NCBI GenBank assembly: GCA_003233455.1
Contig: QILQ01000012.1
Span: 4,441-68,440 of the forward strand
DNA length: 64,000 nt
Direction: 5' to 3'
DNA from: Candidatus Zambryskiibacteriota bacterium
GTDB lineage: Bacteria > Patescibacteriota > Minisyncoccia > Phycocordibacterales > WO2-35-19
Position numbers and translations under genes: made by a program. Below are positions 9,757 to 20,183 of this stretch, piece by piece. The notes beneath the pieces are model-generated. The model was given only the letters and a program-made list of their open reading frames with translations, was not told where the DNA came from and did not search any database. Numbering within the stretch: the stretch's first letter is position 1; each line of letters opens with the position of its first letter.

Positions 9757-12700
9757 ATGTCAAGTGATTTTTTAGAATTAAATAAAGCTCAAAGAGAAGC
9801 AGTGGAAACAACCGAAGGTCCTCTGCTTGTTTTGGCGGGAGCGGGAGCTGGTAAAACCAAAACTGTCACCTACAGAATTTTAAATTTAATCCAAAAAGGA
9901 GTTGCTCCAGAAAATATTTTGGCCGTAACTTTTACTAATAAAGCGGCTAGAGAAATGGAAGAAAGAATTTCAAATCTTTTAAAGAAAACTTTAAAACTAA
10001 ACAGACCAATTTCAATAGTTGGCAAACCATTTGTGGCCACTTTTCACGGACTCGGAGCTTTTATTATTAAAGAAAATTTTAGGGAAGCTAAAATTAAAAA
10101 ACATTTTAGTATTTATAATAGAGAAGATTCTAAAAAAGCCATTAGAGAAGCTTTGCGAAAAAATAATTATGATACCAAACAATTTGAACCAGGGAAAATA
10201 CTTTCTATTATTTCTCGCGAGAAAAGCAATTTTGTGGTAATAGATGAATATTTGGAAACAACGGAAGGAAACTATTTCAGAGATATGGTCGCCAAAGTTT
10301 GGCAAGATTATGAGATAATTTTAAAAAAAGAAAACGCTTTAGATTTTGATGACTTGCTTTTGGTAGCCGCCAAACTTTTACAAAAAAAGGAAATTAGAAA
10401 AGTTTACGAAAATAGATGGAAATATATTCATATTGACGAATATCAAGATACCAACAAAGTGCAATACCAAATTGTGGAAGCAATCGGCAGAGGACATCAA
10501 AATGTATGCGCGGTGGGAGATACGGATCAATGTCTTATAAAAGGATCGGAAATAAAAATGGCAGACGGTAGTTTGAAAAAAATTGAGAATATAAAAAAAA
10601 ATCAGTATGTATTATCAAATTATGGAAGCGGTGATTTACGTCCTGCAAAAATCACGCGAAAAATAAAAAGCTTTTTTAAGGGTGATCTTATTAGAATCAA
10701 AACAAAAAAAGGAAAAATTATAACGAGCACACCAAATCATACTCATTTTGCCGGATATCAGTTAGAAATCACTCCTCAATTATATTTCAACTACCTTATG
10801 TACAAAAAAGGAATCGGGTGGAGGATAGGTACAACTCAGGTTCATACAAAAGGACAAATAAAACCTGTTATAGGATTTGTACAAAGATCAAATCAAGAAC
10901 ACGCTGATGCTTCGTGGATTATAGCAGTTCACCAAACATCCAACGAGTCCAGAATCCAAGAATATATTTTTTCGCTTAAATACCAAATTCCAACACTTCC
11001 TTTTGTTCCAAGAAAAGGACTCAGTACTGGAGGATATGTTCATGACAAAAATTACCTTAAAAAAATATTTTCCTCTTTCAATACAGAAAAATCCGCCCTT
11101 AAATTACTTTCTGATTTGGGGCTACAATATAATTACCCTCACCATTACCCTCAATCGTCTAATTCTAGTAGAATAAATATAAATGTAACCCTGTGTGGAG
11201 ATAGACGGGGACAAAATCCATTTCATAGAATTTCTGTTCATGGAAATAATAAAATGGAAAAGAAAATACTTGAAACTGCTGGATTTTCTGTTCGCCAAGC
11301 AAAATTAAACACTAAAAATTGGAGATGTGAAAAAGGTTCTTCTAATTACGGAGAAATTTGTATGTTGGCCACGAAGATAGCTTCACTTTTTGATAACTCA
11401 AAAATAATCTTCAGAGCCAGACTTGGTGGTACAAAATCTAACCCAAAGAACAGCAATTCTTTACCGTGTATACCAGCAGGTTCTGTAATGCTAGGTATGG
11501 CTTTATTTTCTATTGACGGCTATGATATTGTATCAAAAATTTCACGAATATCAGTAACCAAAAAAGAAGTTTTTGACATTGATGTTGAAAAAACTCACAA
11601 CTTTATTACAAATGATATAGTAACCCACAATTGTATTTATAGTTGGCGAGGAGCTAACATAAAAAATATTTTGAATTTTGAAAAAGATTACAAAAATGCG
11701 AAAATAGTGGTCTTGGAACAAAATTATCGTTCTACTAAAACTATTCTGGCAGTGGCCAATAAAATTATTGAAAAAAATAAATTCAGAAAAGAAAGAACTT
11801 TAACGACAGAAAATTCAGTGGGTGAAAAAATTGGAATTTTTGAAGCTCTAACCGAAAATCATGAAGCTCAATTTATAGTGGAAAAAGTTAAAGAATTACA
11901 AAAAAAAGGAGTAAATCTTTCTGATATGGCGGTTTTATACAGAGCGAATTTTCAATCACGCGTTTTGGAAGAAGAATTTTTAGCTAAAGATGTGCCTTAC
12001 CAAGTGTTGGGAACTAAATTTTTTGACAGAAAAGAAATTAAAGATATTTTGGCATTTTTAAGGTTTTGTTTTAATCCGGAAAGTATTTCTGATTTAAAAA
12101 GAATAATAAATGTGCCTCCCAGAGGTATAGGTAAAATTACTCTTTTAAAAATTGTGGAAGGGAAAGAAAAAAATTTGCCAGTCAAAATGAAAATAAAAAT
12201 GAAAATTTTTAGAGATCTTTTGAGAAAAGTTAAAGATTTCGCCAGTCAAAATCCATTATCTAAAACTATTTTATTTATAGCGAGAGAAGTCGGTTTAAAT
12301 GAAAATCTTAAAAAAACAGAAGAAGGGGCAGAGAAGATAGAAAATATAAAAGAGCTGGTAACCTTGGCTTCGCATTATGATAAAATATTTAAAGAAGATA
12401 ATGAAGGAGTAAAAAACTGGGATGAAGCGGTGGAAAAATTATTAGAAGATACTTCTTTGGCGTCAGATCAAGACAGTGACAAAAAAGAAAAAAAGGGAGT
12501 TCGTTTAATGACAGTGCATGCCAGTAAAGGTCTTGAATTTACTTATATTTTCATTACCGGCTTGGAAGAGGGACTTTTTCCGCATAGTAGAAGTCAAGAT
12601 GAAAATTTGAGCGAAGAAGAAGCCGAGGAAGAACGCCGACTTTTTTATGTGGCTATTACTCGCGCTAAGAAAAAACTTTTTCTTTCTTACGCTCAAACTC

Positions 12701-12849
12701 GCACCATTTTTGGTAGCAGAGGAATTAATATTCCCTCTGAATTTATACTGGAAATTCCAGATAAATATTTGGAGAGAGAATCTTTGGATTCTCTCCCTAC
12801 GGGAGACAGGTACTCAAAAAGAAAACCACTTATTCATATTGAGTTTTAG
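9757..12849 (+). CDS. pcrA: ATP-dependent DNA helicase PcrA/UvrD, intein-containing
   Basis: LAGAGAGKTKT, DEYQD, LEQNYRS, MTVHASKGLEF and EERRLFYVAITRA motifs. Confidence 0.95.
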   Translation: MSSDFLELNKAQREAVETTEGPLLVLAGAGAGKTKTVTYRILNLIQKGVAPENILAVTFTNKAAREMEERISNLLKKTLKLNRPISIVGKPFVATFHGLGAFIIKENFREAKIKKHFSIYNREDSKKAIREALRKNNYDTKQFEPGKILSIISREKSNFVVIDEYLETTEGNYFRDMVAKVWQDYEIILKKENALDFDDLLLVAAKLLQKKEIRKVYENRWKYIHIDEYQDTNKVQYQIVEAIGRGHQNVCAVGDTDQCLIKGSEIKMADGSLKKIENIKKNQYVLSNYGSGDLRPAKITRKIKSFFKGDLIRIKTKKGKIITSTPNHTHFAGYQLEITPQLYFNYLMYKKGIGWRIGTTQVHTKGQIKPVIGFVQRSNQEHADASWIIAVHQTSNESRIQEYIFSLKYQIPTLPFVPRKGLSTGGYVHDKNYLKKIFSSFNTEKSALKLLSDLGLQYNYPHHYPQSSNSSRININVTLCGDRRGQNPFHRISVHGNNKMEKKILETAGFSVRQAKLNTKNWRCEKGSSNYGEICMLATKIASLFDNSKIIFRARLGGTKSNPKNSNSLPCIPAGSVMLGMALFSIDGYDIVSKISRISVTKKEVFDIDVEKTHNFITNDIVTHNCIYSWRGANIKNILNFEKDYKNAKIVVLEQNYRSTKTILAVANKIIEKNKFRKERTLTTENSVGEKIGIFEALTENHEAQFIVEKVKELQKKGVNLSDMAVLYRANFQSRVLEEEFLAKDVPYQVLGTKFFDRKEIKDILAFLRFCFNPESISDLKRIINVPPRGIGKITLLKIVEGKEKNLPVKMKIKMKIFRDLLRKVKDFASQNPLSKTILFIAREVGLNENLKKTEEGAEKIENIKELVTLASHYDKIFKEDNEGVKNWDEAVEKLLEDTSLASDQDSDKKEKKGVRLMTVHASKGLEFTYIFITGLEEGLFPHSRSQDENLSEEEAEEERRLFYVAITRAKKKLFLSYAQTRTIFGSRGINIPSEFILEIPDKYLERESLDSLPTGDRYSKRKPLIHIEF
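10531..11631 (+). mobile_element. intein (367 aa) in helicase motif III
   Basis: VGDTDQ|CLIKGSEIKMADG ... TPNH ... FDIDVEKTHNFITNDIVTHN|CIYSWRGA. Confidence 0.95.
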
Positions 12850-12887
12850 AGTATTGATAATGTTATGATAAAGTATATACTTGAATT

Positions 12888-13136
12888 ATGACTACCCAAA
12901 TAATGTTCAAAATTGAAAATAAGCTCAAGAAAGCAGCTCAAGAAAGAGCCAAAGAAGAGGGAATTACTCTAAGTGATTTTTATAAATCTGCCACCAAATC
13001 ATTTGTGGAAGGTAAAATAACAGTAGGAATAATTTTTGAAGAAGAGAGTTTAAACGATTACACAAAAGAAAGTTTATTGTCTTTAAAAAAAGGATTAGCT
13101 GATTGTAAAAAAGGCAAAGTTTTTAGAACAAGATGA
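12888..13136 (+). CDS. RelB/RHH-like antitoxin
   Basis: TQIMFKIENKLKKAAQERAKEEGITLSD; overlaps the toxin start. Confidence 0.7.
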   Translation: MTTQIMFKIENKLKKAAQERAKEEGITLSDFYKSATKSFVEGKITVGIIFEEESLNDYTKESLLSLKKGLADCKKGKVFRTR

Positions 13137-13390
13137 AAATATTTTGGACGAATGAATTTAATAAAAATTTAAAACTTCTCCCAACTAAAACAAGAAGGCT
13201 CTACAAAAAACAGGAAAATATCTTTTTTGTAAACTGGAAAGATCCTCGCCTCCACACAAAAAAACTAAAAGGAGTTAATCAGATTTTTTCTTTTAGAATT
13301 ACAAGAAAATATAGAGTTTTATTTAAAATTACAGATAAATCCTCAATTTTGTTTGTTTCAATAGGTCACAGAAAAAATATTTATGACTAA
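13133..13390 (+). CDS. RelE/ParE-family toxin
   Basis: LHTKKLKG..FSFRITRKYRVLF..IGHRKNIY. Confidence 0.85.
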   Translation: MKIFWTNEFNKNLKLLPTKTRRLYKKQENIFFVNWKDPRLHTKKLKGVNQIFSFRITRKYRVLFKITDKSSILFVSIGHRKNIYD

Positions 13391-14324
13391 ATTTCAACCA
13401 AAAAAATCATTGGGGCAACATTTTTTGAGAGATTCAAAAATACTCAAGAGAATTGTTGATTTTGCCGAGATTAAAAAAACAGATATTATGGTAGAAGTGG
13501 GACCTGGAGAAGGAGGACTTACTAAATTACTTCTTGAACAAGCGAAAAAAGTGATAGCGGTTGAAAAAGATGAAGAGATGGTAATTTTTTTGAAAGGCAA
13601 ATTTAAAAAAGAAATCAAAGAAGGAAAATTAGAAATTGTTGAAGGAGATATTTTAGATTTTTATTCGCAAAATATTTTCTCGCCACTTGCGGACTCAAAC
13701 TATTTTGCCACCAACTATAAATTAGTTGGCAATATCCCATATTACATAACTGGAGCTTTGTTTAAAAAAGCTTTAGAAGCTTCAAATTTTCCAAAATCAA
13801 TAACTTTTGTAGTCCAAAAAGAGGTAGCACAAAGAATTATGGCTCAAAGATGCCTGCCTGCCGGTGGGCAGGGAAAAGAAAGTATTTTGAGTATTTCCAT
13901 AAAAGTTTATGGCAAGCCGAAATATGGGGGAGTTATAAAAGCGGGCAGTTTTTATCCAAAACCAAAAGTTGATTCGGCTATTTTATCAGTAAGAGGTATT
14001 TCAAAAGAAAAATTTCAAAGGACTGACCTTAAAAAAAATCCCAAAGGTCAGTCCTTGGGAAAAGAAAATTTTTCTTTTGGGGAAATACTTGAGCAGAATT
14101 TCTTTAAAATATTAAAAATAGGATTTTCTCATAAAAGAAAGTTGCTTATTAAAAATTTGGAGAACCTGTCAAGGGTCGCCTTTTTGGGGCAACTTTCAAA
14201 GGCGACCCTTGACACTTCAAATCTAAAAGAAATTTTTGAAAAATGTGGAATTTCAGATAAAGCCAGAGCAGAAGATTTAAAAGTTGAAGATTGGATTTGC
14301 TTGAGCAAAAAGTTTTCACCATAA
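13383..14324 (+). CDS. rsmA: 16S rRNA dimethyladenosine transferase, with four palindromic in-frame inserts
   Basis: KKSLGQHFL, EVGPGEG, VGNIPYYIT, QKEVAQR and FYPKPKVDSA motifs. Confidence 0.95.
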   Translation: MTKFQPKKSLGQHFLRDSKILKRIVDFAEIKKTDIMVEVGPGEGGLTKLLLEQAKKVIAVEKDEEMVIFLKGKFKKEIKEGKLEIVEGDILDFYSQNIFSPLADSNYFATNYKLVGNIPYYITGALFKKALEASNFPKSITFVVQKEVAQRIMAQRCLPAGGQGKESILSISIKVYGKPKYGGVIKAGSFYPKPKVDSAILSVRGISKEKFQRTDLKKNPKGQSLGKENFSFGEILEQNFFKILKIGFSHKRKLLIKNLENLSRVAFLGQLSKATLDTSNLKEIFEKCGISDKARAEDLKVEDWICLSKKFSP

Positions 14325-14361
14325 GCAAAAAAAGTATAAAATCTTTGCTATACTTAAACAA

Positions 14362-15210
14362 ATGATTGCTTTACCAAGTAAAAAAGTTTTGAGTATTTTG
14401 ATTTTAACAACTGCTTTGGTAGTAGCTGTTATTATCGCTTTTGGCAGAGATAAAAACAATAAAACCATAAATTTTGCCAGTAATTTAGTGGCAGGAGATA
14501 AAGTCTCATTACCAAAAAATCCAAATTGGCAAAATGAATTAAATAATGTAACCACCGGTATAAATCAAACAGAAGAAAACGCTTCAACAACAAAAGAAAC
14601 TGCCACTGATATTATATCAAGAAGTTTGATATCAAATTATTTAGCTTTAAAACAAAGTGGTAATTTAAACCAACAATCAGCCAAAAAATTAGTATCTCAA
14701 ACTGTAAATTTAACTAACCAATTGGGAAATAAAGTTGTTTTAAATACCAAACTTAATATTGTGGCTAACAATGGTCGTCAATCAATTCTTGACTATGGTG
14801 AAAATTTAGGAAATATTCTAAAAAAGAATAGACCTAAAGAATTAAAAAATGAATTGAAGATTATCAGTCAAGCGGTAGAATTAAGAGACCCATCAAAAAT
14901 AAATGAGTTGGACAGTGTTATTGTTGTCTATCAAAAAATTGTTGATAAACTGATTAAAATGCCCGTGCCTCAAACTTTTGCTAAAGCTCACTTGGATTTA
15001 ACCAATGGATTAAAGGGGGTAATCATCTCTCTTACAGAAATGAAAACTATTTTTAATGACCCCATTAAAAGTTTGTCGTATATGCAACTATACAAAGAAA
15101 GTGTAAATAAATTTACTCAAGCGATAAAAGCCACTGATATATTTATAATTCAGAATAAGATTATTTATAAACAAGGTAGCGGTGGCTACTACTTATTATA
15201 CGGGATATAA
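14362..15210 (+). CDS. membrane-anchored hypothetical protein
   Basis: N-terminal TM; first gene of the T4SS-like cluster. Confidence 0.7.
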   Translation: MIALPSKKVLSILILTTALVVAVIIAFGRDKNNKTINFASNLVAGDKVSLPKNPNWQNELNNVTTGINQTEENASTTKETATDIISRSLISNYLALKQSGNLNQQSAKKLVSQTVNLTNQLGNKVVLNTKLNIVANNGRQSILDYGENLGNILKKNRPKELKNELKIISQAVELRDPSKINELDSVIVVYQKIVDKLIKMPVPQTFAKAHLDLTNGLKGVIISLTEMKTIFNDPIKSLSYMQLYKESVNKFTQAIKATDIFIIQNKIIYKQGSGGYYLLYGI

Positions 15211-15251
15211 TAAGGATGAAAAGTCACAAAAATTAAAAGCAATAAAATAAT

Positions 15252-17630
15252 ATGACAAAACTCTCAAAAAAAATTATCGTTTTAGTTTTAGCGACTACCT
15301 TTATTTTTTCTCCTATTTTAGCAACTAAAGTTGAAGCTCAGTGGGTCGTTTGGGATCCGGGAAATTTCGTGCCAAATTCAATTTCCGCCGCAAATAGCAT
15401 AGCACAAACAACAAAAGATTATGGGCTTGATAGTGTAGCTTGGATAATAGTCAATCTTATAATAGAAAGAATGGCGGCCAGCACAGTTAATTGGATAAAT
15501 ACCGGTTTTAAAGGAAGTCCCGCTTATGTAACAGATCCGCAAGCCTATTTTCAAGATATTGGCGATAAGGTAGCTGGTCAATTTATATTTAAAAATCCAA
15601 ATTTGAATTCTCTTTGCAGACCTATAAATGCCAACATAAGATTGGCTCTCAATCAAAATTATATTCAAGACAGAATTTGGCAATGTACTTTAACTGACTC
15701 AGTGGGAAATATGCAAGATTTTTTGGGCGATTTTAATAAAGGAGGTTGGGATAAATTTTTTGAACTCTCGCAAAGACAACAAAACAATCCGATTGGTGCT
15801 TATTTGCAGGCCCAAAATGAGCTTGATCTTCAAATTGCCACCAGACAAGAAACAAAACAAAAAGAACTTAATTGGGGTCAAGGTTTTATGTCTTATAAAA
15901 AATGCGAAATTTACGGACCAGATATAGTAACCCCTGGTTTTCCGGGTGACCCAGCTAGACCAGAAATAAGACAACCTGTTTGTTTGAAAGAAACAACAAA
16001 AACACCTGGGTCAGTAATATCAAATCAATTAAATAAACAGTTAGGAGCCGGTCAAGATAAATTGGTGGCAGCAGATGAAATAAACGAGATAGTCAGTGCT
16101 CTTTTGAATCAACTTATAACTCAAGTGGTTGGTGGCGTGGGTAGGGGTTTGAGAGGATTGAGTAGTCCAAGTCAAACTAACAGTAGTCAAACGTTTACGA
16201 AGCAGTTGTCTAATACTAGTGCAAAATCAACAGTTGATTATTTTGGAAGTACTGTTGATACATCAATTTTAGACATTCCTCCTCCAGATTTAAACGCAAA
16301 CAAGCCCGAGAATTTTAATTCTCAACCTATAAATCTAAATAATTCAAACATTGATACTGTTGCAATAACAGGTGCTTTTAAAATAGGGAGCACATTAGCG
16401 ACTAACATTTCAGTACCAATAGGCACAAATGTAACTTATCAGTGGCAAATAGCAGATACGGAAAATGGAGTATATAAAAATATTTCGTTAGCTACAGGAA
16501 CCACATATACCCCAACAGCGACTGATGTTAATAAATTTATTAGAATCGCTATAAAAGATTCGGGTAGTCTATCTGGAACAATAACAAGTAAAGCCACAAT
16601 AATAACACCTAATGTAAATGCACCAACAGCATCAGATAATAATATTGGAGTATATTTTTGGGCAAGCCCTATAATAAATAGCGGTTCAGATATAATAAAA
16701 ACTGGAGTTAATCTTACTAAAAATCTTGGAGTGAAGAAAATAAGGATAACTCTTAGTTCCAAAACTGATCTTGATTATGGTATAAGCAATAATTGTATAA
16801 GCAATTTTTCTTTGGTTAATATTGCCAAGAGAGGGGATTTCACTTCAATATTTTCTGATCCAAAATTTAATACCATTATGATTACTGCCTATGATGGAGT
16901 GTCTTTCCCTGATTGTATTACCAAAAATTACCTCAATCCAAATTTTGTAACTAAAAATAAGCAACAAATTGAACAAGAATATAAAGATCTTGCAAATTAT
17001 TTGAAAAGTTTCCCTTCAAAAAATTTTATTATATCAAACTGGGAAGGGGATAATGATATATATTGTGGTCAAGCTTATGGAACATCAGCTACTGTTTGTC
17101 CAAATTATTTAAATGCTATGGATGGATTTAAAAAATGGGTAATAGCATACAGCGACGGAATTAGTTCTTCTGGGGCTAGTAATGTTTACAGTGCAGTAGA
17201 ATTTAATATTGCCAGATATTTAAAAAATAATGATTTACCGAGTGTGCTATATGATGTGATTCCAAATGTTAACACAAATTATTTTTCCTACTCTTCTTAT
17301 GAATCAATAAATCCAATCATTACTTTAAATGACAAGGGAAATCAATTAAAATCAGATTTAACTTTAATTAAAAATGTAATTTCTAGTGCAAGTAAAAACC
17401 CAAATAATCTAATTATTGGTGAATTTGGTTTTAGTTCTTCAAATAGAGATTTGGTCAAAGATAGTCTAAAAACTGCTGTTGATATATTTAAAAATAATAA
17501 TATTAATAACTATTTTGTATGGAATCTTTCAGATTCAGGCGGATCATTTGGTTTATATGATGCCAATTCACAAATGACCAGTGCTGGTAAATATGTGTGC
17601 AGTATCGCGGGTGGATTAAACTGTATTTAG
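15252..17630 (+). CDS. secreted protein with T4SS-cluster N-terminal domain, Ig-like segment and glycoside-hydrolase-like C-terminus
   Basis: Signal peptide then AQWVVWDPGNF; C-terminal NWEGDND, IIGEFG and FVW pattern. Confidence 0.6.
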   Translation: MTKLSKKIIVLVLATTFIFSPILATKVEAQWVVWDPGNFVPNSISAANSIAQTTKDYGLDSVAWIIVNLIIERMAASTVNWINTGFKGSPAYVTDPQAYFQDIGDKVAGQFIFKNPNLNSLCRPINANIRLALNQNYIQDRIWQCTLTDSVGNMQDFLGDFNKGGWDKFFELSQRQQNNPIGAYLQAQNELDLQIATRQETKQKELNWGQGFMSYKKCEIYGPDIVTPGFPGDPARPEIRQPVCLKETTKTPGSVISNQLNKQLGAGQDKLVAADEINEIVSALLNQLITQVVGGVGRGLRGLSSPSQTNSSQTFTKQLSNTSAKSTVDYFGSTVDTSILDIPPPDLNANKPENFNSQPINLNNSNIDTVAITGAFKIGSTLATNISVPIGTNVTYQWQIADTENGVYKNISLATGTTYTPTATDVNKFIRIAIKDSGSLSGTITSKATIITPNVNAPTASDNNIGVYFWASPIINSGSDIIKTGVNLTKNLGVKKIRITLSSKTDLDYGISNNCISNFSLVNIAKRGDFTSIFSDPKFNTIMITAYDGVSFPDCITKNYLNPNFVTKNKQQIEQEYKDLANYLKSFPSKNFIISNWEGDNDIYCGQAYGTSATVCPNYLNAMDGFKKWVIAYSDGISSSGASNVYSAVEFNIARYLKNNDLPSVLYDVIPNVNTNYFSYSSYESINPIITLNDKGNQLKSDLTLIKNVISSASKNPNNLIIGEFGFSSSNRDLVKDSLKTAVDIFKNNNINNYFVWNLSDSGGSFGLYDANSQMTSAGKYVCSIAGGLNCI

Positions 17631-17676
17631 TGGTTTTATATTTTATTATAATGAAATAAATTTGGTAAAAATAAAA

Positions 17677-20175
17677 ATGACAAAGAAATTTTTAACATTC
17701 GGAATAATAATAATTATATTAGCTGGGATTTTTGTCCCGTCTGTTGTTTTAGCAATTACAGATGGACAATGTACTGCAGATCAAATAGCTGCTGGTGGCA
17801 TAACCAGAAAGCTTGGGGATATTGTTGATAGTAGAATTACACTTACAGAATACTGTCAAGAAGCAGGAGAAAAAGGAGACCAAGGGGTTGTAGGTGGAGC
17901 TATTAATGATGCTGGTGCCGCGATAAGTGCACCAGCTAAAATAGCGGCTAATTGGATGGGAGCAAAACTTTTTGAATGGATAGGTAAAATCTTAATGACT
18001 TTATCATCCCTTATTTTAATAATTTCCGGTTACATATTTGATAAAATTGTTAATTTCACCATTGTTAATATGTCAAAAAATATTGGCGACCCTAATGGAG
18101 TAGGTGGTAGTATCACTGGAGCTTGGAAAACGCTTAGAGATATCGCCAATATGGCTTTTATATTCGTGCTTCTCTTTGCTGCTTTTAAAGCAATGTTTAA
18201 CACCGATTTTAGTGGTTTTCGCAATACTGTAAAAAATATTATTATAGTGGCTTTACTTATAAACTTTAGTCTTTTCTTTTCAAAAGTGGTTATTGACGCT
18301 TCTAATATTGCTTCCGTCGGTTTTTACAATTCAATTGTGGGAGCCAATTCAAACAGTATTGAATTGGTTGCCGGCAATAAAAGCACCGCTCCCGGAGGCA
18401 CAAGTAATTTTAAAGGTATCTCTGGTGGTTATATGAGAATGTTGGGATTGCAAACATTTTACGGCGCCGATATTTTAACAGGACAAACTGATGCCATAAA
18501 AATATTTATCCTCGGTTTTATGAGTTCAATATTTATGCTGATTACCGCTGTTGTACTTTTAATAGCCGGCGTAATGTTTGCCACTCGTTTTATTATTTTA
18601 ATTTTTTTAATGATTCTCTCACCTCTGGCTTTTATCGCTTATATTATACCGGGAATGGAAGGTCACTTTAAAAAATGGAAAAGTGCATTGATAGACCAAT
18701 CTTTTTTTGCTCCATTATTTTTTGCTTTAACTTGGGTAGTGTTTAAAATTGGTTCTTCACTTGTTACAGTATTAAATGTGTCCACCCAAACAGGCAGTGG
18801 AGCACAATGGACTGATATGATGACAGATCCAAAGAGTGCTACCGCTCTCTTGCTTAATTATGTATTAATAATCGGCTTTTCTATTGCCGCTCTTGTTTTA
18901 TCCAAACAAATGGCGATTAAGACAGCTAGATTTGAAGCTATTAGTGGAGGAATTGGTACTGCAACCATTGGTGGTGTCGCCCGTGTAGGTAGGAATACTG
19001 TTGGAAGAGGGTCAAGAGCACTTCTTAATTCAGACAAATTAAGGAATGCCTCCTCTTCAGAAAAATGGTATTCGGGTGCAGCCAGAGCTGGTCTTTGGAC
19101 ATCTAAAAGAGGAGCTGAAAGCAGTTTTGATTTGAGAGCATCTAATAAATTAGGAAAAGTGCCCGGACTTGGTGGAGAATTGGGAATTCTTGGCAAAGCT
19201 GGAGGTAAAGGAGGGTTCAGTTCGGCAGTAGATAAAAAAGCAAAAGACAAAGCGGCATATTCTAAAGCTATTTATGGGCAGACGGATGAAGAAAAAGAAA
19301 AAGCTAATAAAGAAAAAAGAAAATATGAAGGATATATGGGTGATGACGGTAAATGGGTAAAAGGAGCTAAAGAAGAATACGAAAACACAAAGAAAAAAGA
19401 AGATGAAAGAATCAAAGAGGAAAGAAAAGCGGAAAAAGAAAAGATAGCAAAAACTAAGGAAGAAGCAACAAAAAATGTTAAAGAGAAGGAAGAAAAACTT
19501 CAGCAAGAAAAAGATGCTAGGATAGCTGGAGTGGGAAGTTTTATAAATGAGGAAAAAGCTAATAAAGAACTTGAAGAATCCAAAACAAAATTAGAAAATA
19601 TCACAAAAGCACATGAGTTAGCTATTGAAAGAGAAAAAGCGAAAATTGAAGACGCTGATTATTCGGAAGCTACCATAGCATTAAAAACAGAGGCCGATCT
19701 CAGGAAAGTTGGGTGGGATAAAATTAAAAATGCCGGTGCTGAAAGACAAAGAGCTTATGCTAAAAGACTTGATAAAGGTAAGTTAGGAAAAGTAGCGAGA
19801 GGGATTGGTTCAGGAATACTTAGTGGTAGTGCGGGTGCAGTAACGGGAGGAGCAATGGGATCATTAGCTGGACCAATAGGCACCATTGTTGGATCTAGTG
19901 TTGGGGGTGTTCTTGGTTTTTGGGGTGGAGTAAAAACTAGCCACCAAGGAAATAAAGCTGCCGCGAGAGCAATAATAAAGCAAGCCGAAGGGAAATCTAA
20001 AGCAGAACAATTAGCTGATGCGGCAAGAGATTATCAAAAAGAGGAAGATAAGAAAAAAGAAAAAAATGGTGCAACAGCTGAAAAAGCTACAGATACAACA
20101 AAAGAAAATAAAGAGAAGGAAGAAAAAAATGGTGCAACAGGTTTTACACCACCCCCATCGTCCGCTAACTCATAA
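17677..20175 (+). CDS. VirB6/TrbL-like polytopic membrane protein with coiled-coil and glycine-zipper tail
   Basis: WKTLRDIANMAFIF, ALLINFSLFFSKVVID and ILSPLAFIAYIIP segments; T4SS context. Confidence 0.7.
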   Translation: MTKKFLTFGIIIIILAGIFVPSVVLAITDGQCTADQIAAGGITRKLGDIVDSRITLTEYCQEAGEKGDQGVVGGAINDAGAAISAPAKIAANWMGAKLFEWIGKILMTLSSLILIISGYIFDKIVNFTIVNMSKNIGDPNGVGGSITGAWKTLRDIANMAFIFVLLFAAFKAMFNTDFSGFRNTVKNIIIVALLINFSLFFSKVVIDASNIASVGFYNSIVGANSNSIELVAGNKSTAPGGTSNFKGISGGYMRMLGLQTFYGADILTGQTDAIKIFILGFMSSIFMLITAVVLLIAGVMFATRFIILIFLMILSPLAFIAYIIPGMEGHFKKWKSALIDQSFFAPLFFALTWVVFKIGSSLVTVLNVSTQTGSGAQWTDMMTDPKSATALLLNYVLIIGFSIAALVLSKQMAIKTARFEAISGGIGTATIGGVARVGRNTVGRGSRALLNSDKLRNASSSEKWYSGAARAGLWTSKRGAESSFDLRASNKLGKVPGLGGELGILGKAGGKGGFSSAVDKKAKDKAAYSKAIYGQTDEEKEKANKEKRKYEGYMGDDGKWVKGAKEEYENTKKKEDERIKEERKAEKEKIAKTKEEATKNVKEKEEKLQQEKDARIAGVGSFINEEKANKELEESKTKLENITKAHELAIEREKAKIEDADYSEATIALKTEADLRKVGWDKIKNAGAERQRAYAKRLDKGKLGKVARGIGSGILSGSAGAVTGGAMGSLAGPIGTIVGSSVGGVLGFWGGVKTSHQGNKAAARAIIKQAEGKSKAEQLADAARDYQKEEDKKKEKNGATAEKATDTTKENKEKEEKNGATGFTPPPSSANS

Positions 20176-20183
20176 TAAATATT

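Noticed and set aside
18030-19506. Antisense ORFs within the VirB6-like gene
   Set aside because: Low-complexity shadows of Gly-rich and Lys/Glu-rich coding sequence.
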